Part shown: piece after piece, positions 57,728 to 64,000 of the stretch
Numbering within the stretch: position 1 is the stretch's first letter
How the letters are laid out: each line of letters begins with the position of its first letter
Assembly (NCBI GenBank): GCA_964490245.1
Contig: CAZBAF010000004.1
Span: forward strand, 16,072-80,071
Direction of reading: 5' to 3'
Origin: an uncultured Candidatus Saccharibacteria bacterium
Lineage (GTDB): Bacteria > Patescibacteriota > Saccharimonadia > Saccharimonadales > JACDBH01
Length of the DNA: 64,000 bases
Program-made: the position numbers and the translations under genes
Notes under the pieces: generated by a model
Told to the model about the DNA's origin: nothing
The model's database searches: none
The model's input: the letters and a program-made list of their open reading frames with translations, nothing else

Positions 57728-58407
57728 GCGAAAAAGTACATCAGTCAAAAAACAGCGAACACGGCACCATACTGTCTTATGCAACCGGCTTTGCCTTGTC
57801 GCTTTTGTTGACGTTTATTCCGTACTATCTTGTTGTTAATAAGGTCTTTTCCGGCAAAGGACTATGGCTGGCAATTTTGACGATTGGTGTTCTGCAAATG
57901 AGCGTACAGTTGCTGTTCTTCCTGCATCTGGGCCGCGGCCCTAAGCCGCTTTACAACATCGTCTTCTTTTTTGCGACAGCCGGCGTGATTATTATTACCA
58001 TAGGTGCCTCCCTGTTTATTATGGATAATCTCTACCGCACCATGTCGCCGCAGGAGATGACCCAGAAACTGGCTCAGCAGGAAGGCATAGCCCAGGTGGG
58101 CGGCAAGGAGACCGGCGCCTGCGGCCAGCTGCGGGACAACCATGTGGTGACTATCGCCAACGATACTGTTTATCCGATCCGGACCGAGGCAAAATTGTGC
58201 GATACGCTGACGTTCGTGAATAAGGATGGGGATGACCGGGACCTGCTGTTTGCTTCATACTTTGGCCCCGAAAGCTACGGCGGCGAGGATAAGGTCCATG
58301 TGCGCAGCGGCCGCCCCGAGGTGATTACGCTCAATCAGGAGGGTGACTTCAGCTACTTTGATGAGCGCAATCCCGATATTACCGGCTACTTTATTGTCTC
58401 CAGATAA
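57724..58407 (+). CDS. cyoD: Cytochrome o ubiquinol oxidase subunit IV fused to an extra ~100-aa C-terminal beta-rich domain
   Basis: The N-terminal ~115 aa match CyoD (three TM helices, Y..GF.LS..LT.IP...V). The remaining ~110 aa are soluble, and 227 aa is twice the usual length. Confidence 0.7.
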   Translation: MSEKVHQSKNSEHGTILSYATGFALSLLLTFIPYYLVVNKVFSGKGLWLAILTIGVLQMSVQLLFFLHLGRGPKPLYNIVFFFATAGVIIITIGASLFIMDNLYRTMSPQEMTQKLAQQEGIAQVGGKETGACGQLRDNHVVTIANDTVYPIRTEAKLCDTLTFVNKDGDDRDLLFASYFGPESYGGEDKVHVRSGRPEVITLNQEGDFSYFDERNPDITGYFIVSR

Positions 58408-58531
58408 GTTGACGCTTAACGGGGGCGGAAGGTGATAGATTGCCGCCAAGCAGCACTTTGCCCTGCCGAATCTGCCGAGGATTTGCTATGATAGCAGCTA
58501 TACTATTCAGCCCAGTCAGGATGTACAACAA

Positions 58532-59242
58532 ATGAAAGCCCGGTACGCACTTACCTTACTGAAAGTTTTGCTCTGTGTAACTTTTTTGATTGTAGTTACA
58601 CATCTGGCGCTTAAGTACATTAGCGTGCAGGTATATAACGAAAAGCACGGTTTTATCTTTGAGTTGTCCAACCGGTTTGATCTGAATGATGAAGCCAGTG
58701 TGCCGCAGTGGTTCAGCCAGGCGCTGTTTCTGGCTATTGCCGGCTTGTCGCTTGTAGCGGCATGGGGCGCAGCGAATAAAAAAGGCTATCGTTTGTGGCT
58801 GGCGATTGCGGTTATTGCACTGATTATGTCTATTGATGATGTGGCAACTTTGCATGAGTTTGTGCTGCAATCTTTGCATAACACTTTCTTTTTGGACACC
58901 GATCCGACACTTATAGAGAATGCCTGGTTGCTGCTTTTGCCGTTTATTCTGGCGGGGGCTTTATGGTTGTTTGTCGTGATGCTGCGGACGCTGCCGCGGG
59001 ACACGATGGCGCTGCTTGTGGCTGGAGGCGTTATCTTTATCTTTGGCGCTGTTGTGGTGGATTCATTTGCCAACACCGTGCCCAGCCGTGATTTTATGAA
59101 CCAGGGCGTGCTGGGTGCGCTGGAAGGCGGCTTGCAGCTGCTCGGTTCGGTTACGGTGCTGTTTGCGATTGCCCGCCATCTTGAGCTGAATCATGCCAGC
59201 CGGATCAGGGCTGCCTACCGCCAGCTGCGGCCTGCACGCTAA
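58532..59242 (+). CDS. Multi-pass membrane protein (hypothetical)
   Basis: 236 aa with about 6 TM segments. Confidence 0.55.
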   Translation: MKARYALTLLKVLLCVTFLIVVTHLALKYISVQVYNEKHGFIFELSNRFDLNDEASVPQWFSQALFLAIAGLSLVAAWGAANKKGYRLWLAIAVIALIMSIDDVATLHEFVLQSLHNTFFLDTDPTLIENAWLLLLPFILAGALWLFVVMLRTLPRDTMALLVAGGVIFIFGAVVVDSFANTVPSRDFMNQGVLGALEGGLQLLGSVTVLFAIARHLELNHASRIRAAYRQLRPAR

Positions 59243-59345
59243 GGCACGATCTGCCGGTATTGCTATAAAACCCGCGCTAAGATTTGGTCATCGGCTCGGG
59301 GTTGTTGATATACCTGCAAGCTGGCATACTGTATATGGTTAAACT

Positions 59346-60005
59346 ATGAAAAACAAACAGAAGGCTCAAAAAGACAGGCGTTTTACGTTCAGCCCGACCT
59401 ATCAGCTGGGCGCGGCTGTGTTGTTGTTTGTGATTGCAGCGATGGCGTCTCGCGGCGCCGATATGATGGCCTGGGAGGTCTCGGTTTTTCACTTTGTATA
59501 TGATTGGCCGGACTTTCTGCATCCGCTTTTCTTTGTGGTGACGCAGGCGGGCAGTATTCATGCCGCCGGTCTGTTGCTTGTGGTATATCTATGGCGCCAG
59601 CGCTATCATAGTGCGGTTCGGCTCCTGCTGACAGCAACGCTTGCCTACCTGTTTACCGGGTTCGCCAAAGATATCTGGGGACGTGCCAGGCCTAACGAGT
59701 TTTTGCTGGGTGTCGTAAATCTGGATTACGTGGTGCGCGGGCCGGGATTCCCGTCCGGGCATATGGCGCTGGCAACGGCGCTGGCGCTTACGGTTGGCCG
59801 CTATCTGCCTAAAAAATATCAGTGGATTGTGCCGGTCTGGATAGTTGGTGTCGGGTTATCCAGGGTTTATCTTGGCATTCATGCGCCGCTTGATATCATA
59901 GGCGGGTTTGCAATCGGCTGGGCAGCTTATGCTTTGTTTCGTCATGTACGAATTTATTCGCTGTTGCCGTTTGGCAAGTCCCGGTTCCCTAAGAAAGCCG
60001 CTTAG
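59346..60005 (+). CDS. PAP2 family phosphatase
   Basis: 219 aa with the motifs KD..GR.RP, PSGH and SRVYLG.H...D. Confidence 0.8.
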   Translation: MKNKQKAQKDRRFTFSPTYQLGAAVLLFVIAAMASRGADMMAWEVSVFHFVYDWPDFLHPLFFVVTQAGSIHAAGLLLVVYLWRQRYHSAVRLLLTATLAYLFTGFAKDIWGRARPNEFLLGVVNLDYVVRGPGFPSGHMALATALALTVGRYLPKKYQWIVPVWIVGVGLSRVYLGIHAPLDIIGGFAIGWAAYALFRHVRIYSLLPFGKSRFPKKAA

Positions 60006-60119
60006 GTTCTGCGACTTTCTTAGGGTTTTGCCTCCCTTCCGCCTCGCCTGGCGGACAACTTACGATGGTGCAAGCGGTTGAAGTTGACGATTCGCTATTG
60101 TCTCCATAGAATAAAGATA

Positions 60120-62021
60120 ATGTTCCGGTTAAGTTTACTAGACAGGGCAAAAAAGAGCCGGCGTCATTCGATCAATCGGAGTGCGGAGCATACGAAAAAA
60201 CTTCTGTTCATCGCCTCCTTTGCTGTTGTGGGTGCCTGGCTGCTTTTTTCTGTACGCGCGGCAGATGTGCAGCCGCCAGTTCCGTCCGATCGCCCTTTTG
60301 TACGTCTGTTTACTGAGGTCAATCACCCGACGGTTATCAGGAACGCAAACAATGCAGCCAGCATTAATCAGCTCAAGCAATGGTACGTACATGTTCATGC
60401 CGAGGGCAGCAACACCTTCCCGCTTGGCGATGCTTCGCGCACCAGCGGTTCTGATACGACGTTTGCCTATAAAGCGGCTCAGGCCGGGTTATGGACATCA
60501 AATTACCGCAACGGATCATATGTCTCTCAGGCAAATTCGGACCAGGTGAACTTTGGTGAAGCAGCCAGCATAGAACAAAATGCGCCGCTTGCTATTGGCA
60601 CCTGGTGGCCGGGTAACTTTGCCCCTTACGTTAACGGTAACAACAATGCAGCTATAGCACGCCTGACCGCTAATATTACTTCTTCGGCTACGACAGTGAA
60701 CGTAACCAGTGCGGCCAGCGTCAAGCCTGCGTCAAACCTGCCTAATACCTGGCCGTATATACGCTCCACCAACACCGGCACCTATTCAAAAAGTACGGCG
60801 GATTATGTCTCCTGGATACGGATCAATAATGAGATCATGCGTATCACCGGTACGCCAACCGAAAGCAACGGTGTGGTCAGTATTCCGGTACAGCGGGGCT
60901 ACTTTGGCACCACGCCGGCGGCTCATGCCTCCAATACACGCGTGCAATCACCTACCTATATCGGCAGTACGCAAGCAGTTATTTCCGACCAGACGCTTGC
61001 CGGCTCGCCCAATGTAAACAGCGCAAACAAAGCCTTAAGATACAGTATTAAAATCTGGCAGCCCGACGGCTATAAGTGGATTGCGCAGCGCATTAAGGAC
61101 ACTTTCGGCACATCATCCTTTCTTGGCGGACACAATACCGTCTGGCTGGATGTCTCAAGTTGTAACCAATACAACAACTCATCAAGCTCGGGGCACATGG
61201 TCTGGAATTGGAATGAAGCCACCAATCAAAAAATACTGCGTGACGAATGGGGCCAGCATCAAAAGACAAAGCTGGCAGGACTCCGAAGTGAGCTCCCGGG
61301 TATTAAATTTACCGGCAATAACCTCGGTAGTAACTTTAATCCCTGCACTGACGAGCTGCTTGGCAATGCTTACGACGGCGGCGTTTTTGAGCATTGGATG
61401 AAAACCGACCCCGTATGGAGCTTGGACTGGAATGGCTCAATGCAGCAGAATTTTGACGTGCAGAAAAACAACTGGCCCGGAATATACTGGGTCCGATGGA
61501 ATTATGATTTTTATGCCGCCAACGGCGGCCCGACGGCTGCGCAAATAGATGCCTATAAGCGTTTTAGTTACGGTTCGCTATTGCTGGCGTATCGCACGAC
61601 CGCAGACCGCTATCAATATGGCGGGTTGTGGGAACTTAGCAAGCCTGACGAACTGTATTTCTGGGACTGGGGCGCGCCGGTCAATCCGACTCCGAACGGG
61701 CTGGCAGATGTCTCGGCGGGCAGCGGTGGCCTGTACAAGCGCGACTTTGCGAACGGTATGGTTATCGTTAACCCCGGCACGCAATCGGTGACGTACAATC
61801 TGGGCGGCACATATTTTGATGTCACGCGAAAAAACAGCTCGAATCAACCTATTGCGGTGCAGTCGGTCACGATTGGCCCTAAGGATGCAGCTTTTGTCAT
61901 GAAGGGCGTATCGGATGCTCCAAACCTTAGCCTTGAAGCTGAGCATGGTATGCAGAATGGTTCGGTAACGACCATTAATGACCCGAATGCCTCACAGGGC
62001 AAAGCCGTTCGCTTTGATTAG
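60120..62021 (+). CDS. Secreted hypothetical protein (possible glycan-active; CBM-like C-terminal tail)
   Basis: The ORF runs from a TTG at 60078, with an ATG at 60120. It has a signal anchor (LLFIASFAVVGAWLLF). Any family assignment is tentative. Confidence 0.5.
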   Translation: MFRLSLLDRAKKSRRHSINRSAEHTKKLLFIASFAVVGAWLLFSVRAADVQPPVPSDRPFVRLFTEVNHPTVIRNANNAASINQLKQWYVHVHAEGSNTFPLGDASRTSGSDTTFAYKAAQAGLWTSNYRNGSYVSQANSDQVNFGEAASIEQNAPLAIGTWWPGNFAPYVNGNNNAAIARLTANITSSATTVNVTSAASVKPASNLPNTWPYIRSTNTGTYSKSTADYVSWIRINNEIMRITGTPTESNGVVSIPVQRGYFGTTPAAHASNTRVQSPTYIGSTQAVISDQTLAGSPNVNSANKALRYSIKIWQPDGYKWIAQRIKDTFGTSSFLGGHNTVWLDVSSCNQYNNSSSSGHMVWNWNEATNQKILRDEWGQHQKTKLAGLRSELPGIKFTGNNLGSNFNPCTDELLGNAYDGGVFEHWMKTDPVWSLDWNGSMQQNFDVQKNNWPGIYWVRWNYDFYAANGGPTAAQIDAYKRFSYGSLLLAYRTTADRYQYGGLWELSKPDELYFWDWGAPVNPTPNGLADVSAGSGGLYKRDFANGMVIVNPGTQSVTYNLGGTYFDVTRKNSSNQPIAVQSVTIGPKDAAFVMKGVSDAPNLSLEAEHGMQNGSVTTINDPNASQGKAVRFD

Positions 62022-62199
62022 CCGCCGGCTTGATTATGCACGGTGCGTGCTGCCGGGGTGCATAGTCGCCTGACTGCTGATGGATACGGCCGCCAGGCCG
62101 ACTATGGCATGGAAGGCCAGATCAAGCTCTGTCAGACCGCTCGGCAATATGCCAAACAGATCCCTTGAAGGCAGTCCGGCAATCGCCATGCCTACATAT

Positions 62200-62550
62200 A
62201 TGACCAGTCACCGAATTTATGCCATGAGTTTTGCAAAGGTATATCCCCTGTACGTGGCCAAAGCCGAGAGAAAGGGCCGCACAAAAGCCGAGGTTGACGC
62301 AATAATCCGCTGGCTGACAGGTTACACGCAGGCGGGTTTGGAGGCAGAAATTCAGAAAGAAACAGACTTTGAGACTTTCTTTGCCCATGCTCCGGACCTC
62401 AATCCGGCGCGCAAGCAGATAACCGGCGTGATCTGCGGCATCAGGGTGGAAGACATCAAAGAACCGCTGATGCAGGAAATACGCTATCTTGATAAGCTGA
62501 TCGACGAGCTGGCCCGCGGCAAGGCGATGGAAAAGATCCTCCGGAAATAA
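62200..62550 (+). CDS. DUF2200 domain protein
   Basis: Conserved [35 protein letters not shown]. The ORF extends upstream to 62080, but the family starts near Met41. Confidence 0.75.
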   Translation: MTSHRIYAMSFAKVYPLYVAKAERKGRTKAEVDAIIRWLTGYTQAGLEAEIQKETDFETFFAHAPDLNPARKQITGVICGIRVEDIKEPLMQEIRYLDKLIDELARGKAMEKILRK

Positions 62551-62721
62551 TCGGTGCCAACCTATCCTTTTATTTCAGGTTTTATACATGCCCGTCATGT
62601 TAAACATCTCGCCATGGCTCCACATCATGCTATTCAGAACACCTGATCGCCTGTGCCTTCTATAGCGTAAGGCTGGTTGTCCGCCGAGTTTCCCCGTTCT
62701 TGCCGCGAAACTTCTATATCA

Positions 62722-62764
62722 CGACAAGAATTAGAAAACCGCCATCCTTTCAGATGACGGTTTC
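62722..62764 (-). terminator. Rho-independent terminator
   Basis: The minus strand reads GAAACCGTCATC-TGAAAG-GATGGCGGTTTTC followed by TAATTCTT. One G-T pair is valid only on the minus strand. Confidence 0.6.
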
Positions 62765-62785
62765 TTGGTTTTCCTAGTCAATTAA

Positions 62786-62818
62786 TGGCTGGGGTTATGT
62801 GACATACTTCGCAACTTT
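62786..62818. repeat. 33-bp perfect direct repeat, copy 1
   Basis: TGGCTGGGGTTATGTGACATACTTCGCAACTTT, identical to 63202-63234. It abuts the stop of the gene 62817..63155. Confidence 0.85.
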
Positions 62819-63155
62819 AGCGAACAATTTCAGACTCAAACCATTGTTCTTGAAAATTAGTTAACTCTCTAATTTTTTCGTCGTCAAATTCTTTTCCGTC
62901 TTCACAAACAATTAGCTTGTCATCATTGTCGTTTAGTCGATGTATTATGGCTATGCACCTACCCTCAAAAGTTTTGAGAGGCTCATCAGGACCAAGCACA
63001 TAAGCATCAAGCTCCTCTCCGTCAGGCGCCTCAGTGCCAGGAATAAATCCGTAGTTAACAGGATATTCAAATCCATGCTTTGGATGAGTGGACCCAAGAG
63101 GCCTGTCCATTTGCACGCTAACCATCTCACCTAAATATGGACTACTGTATTTCAT
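62817..63155 (-). CDS. Short inorganic pyrophosphatase-family protein
   Basis: 112 aa with YPVNYGFIPGT...DGEELDAYVLG. AT-rich codon usage. A TATGAT box 6 nt upstream of the ATG suggests a leaderless mRNA. Confidence 0.55.
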   Translation of the reverse strand: MKYSSPYLGEMVSVQMDRPLGSTHPKHGFEYPVNYGFIPGTEAPDGEELDAYVLGPDEPLKTFEGRCIAIIHRLNDNDDKLIVCEDGKEFDDEKIRELTNFQEQWFESEIVR

Positions 63156-63159
63156 GAAC

Positions 63160-63196
63160 TAATCATAAAACAAAAAAGCACTAATCCATAGTGCTT
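63160..63196 (-). terminator. Rho-independent terminator
   Basis: The minus strand reads AAGCACTA-TGGAT-TAGTGCTT followed by TTTTTGTTTTATG. Confidence 0.6.
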
Positions 63197-63201
63197 ATGC
63201 T

Positions 63202-63234
63202 TGGCTGGGGTTATGTGACATACTTCGCAACTTT
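63202..63234. repeat. 33-bp perfect direct repeat, copy 2
   Basis: Identical to 62786-62818. It abuts the stop of the GT2 gene. Confidence 0.85.
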
Positions 63235-63237
63235 GTT

Positions 63238-64000
63238 CTAGGCAGAAGCTCCACTTCTTTGCCATACAGTCCATTCTGTACGCTTTCTTCGGATTAATCT
63301 ATAGATTGATTTTAATAAAGCAATAAACTCTATAAACTCTATAAATACCAACATTATAGGCATTAGAAAAACCCAAAGATTTTTCTTACTATGTTTTTCT
63401 CTCATATCACCCAATAGTAAGAGAGCGAAGGGGACTATTGAGTATGCCAGTATTAAAGCTGGGATATTTGCACTAATAAACACTAGATATCCTAAAGTTA
63501 GAATAATTACGGGGAACAATAACACTTCCAGCAAGCCAAACAATTGAAGTGGCAAGTCGATTAGTGTCAAGTATCGTCCCTTCCTAAAGGAAAATAGAAA
63601 GTCTTTGTGAAATCTTAAGCACTCCAAATAACCGTGCCTCCATCGTGTTCTTTGATTCAAGAGACCTTTAACGCTTGACGCGCCTTCAGTAATACATACA
63701 GCATCGTCAACGTATGCAATTTTATGGCCAGCCATTTTGATTCTCATGGATATGTCTAAATCCTCGGTACTACTGTAGTCAGTAAACTCACCTGTTTTCC
63801 TCAAAACACTGGATCTAAACATAGTTAATGCTCCTGGGAAAATATATGCAGAATCAAAAATATGTTGGGCACGCTTAACATGGAAACCTACTGTGTATTC
63901 GAAATGCTGGGCATAACCTAACCAATTTTTTGTATTTCCCACTATAACTTCACCTATCGCTACGCTGAACCTCTTATCAGATAAAGCGTCTACCATTTTA
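63238..64000 (-). CDS. Glycosyltransferase family 2 (processive, QRxRW type), C-terminal part; continues beyond the window
   Basis: Contains SEDLD-like STEDLD and the QRTRWRHG motif, followed by C-terminal TM helices. AT-rich. Confidence 0.75.
   Translation of the reverse strand, partial: KMVDALSDKRFSVAIGEVIVGNTKNWLGYAQHFEYTVGFHVKRAQHIFDSAYIFPGALTMFRSSVLRKTGEFTDYSSTEDLDISMRIKMAGHKIAYVDDAVCITEGASSVKGLLNQRTRWRHGYLECLRFHKDFLFSFRKGRYLTLIDLPLQLFGLLEVLLFPVIILTLGYLVFISANIPALILAYSIVPFALLLLGDMREKHSKKNLWVFLMPIMLVFIEFIEFIALLKSIYRLIRRKRTEWTVWQRSGASA

Noticed and set aside
62786-62818. The 33-bp repeat could be an integron attC site.
   Set aside because: It is too short, has no extended imperfect palindrome, and has no RYYYAAC/GTTRRRY core pair on either strand. 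I kept it as an unexplained cassette-boundary repeat instead.

Overview
This is a roughly 55% GC bacterial chromosome segment with densely packed genes and short intergenic regions. The last ~1.2 kb (62.8-64 kb) is visibly AT-rich. I inferred the lineage from gene content only and ran no search. That content includes a sortase, PEGA and DUF3048 surface proteins, a four-helix-bundle gene and many orphan hypotheticals. It points to a reduced, Gram-positive-type or Patescibacteria/Saccharibacteria-like aerobe.

Recognisable content:
- two two-component systems
- gltX, xth, pyrH, smpB and queA
- tRNA-Glu(CUC) and tRNA-Leu(CAA)
- a complete F1Fo ATP synthase operon (atpZ-B-E-F-H-A-G-D-C)
- a minimal aerobic chain: NDH-2, cyoABCD and the heme O synthase cyoE
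- TerC, an aquaporin and a CPA2 antiporter
- a UvrD-type helicase-nuclease
- an IS200-like/RAYT tyrosine transposase

The most unusual signal is non-coding. Six intergenic copies of a ~350-500 nt modular element share loops and junctions, while their stems differ by compensatory changes. They fall into two central-domain subtypes, and I cannot assign them to any RNA family from memory. One copy is preceded by a canonical type III hammerhead ribozyme. Four copies are preceded by stop-codon-rich arrays of 7-nt tandem repeats.

Other findings:
- The atp operon carries three heptamer-based inverted-repeat elements resembling rRNA intervening sequences. One of them encloses a four-helix-bundle ORF.
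- Two translationally coupled paralogous mini-ORFs sit between atpG and atpD.
- The RAYT gene is bracketed by inverted REP-like hairpins.
- A 422-aa orphan has a possible EndoU-like C-terminus.
- A 33-bp perfect direct repeat brackets a single-gene cassette in the AT-rich tail.
- CyoD is fused to an extra C-terminal domain.

All family assignments come from motif recognition by eye. No database search or folding program was run.
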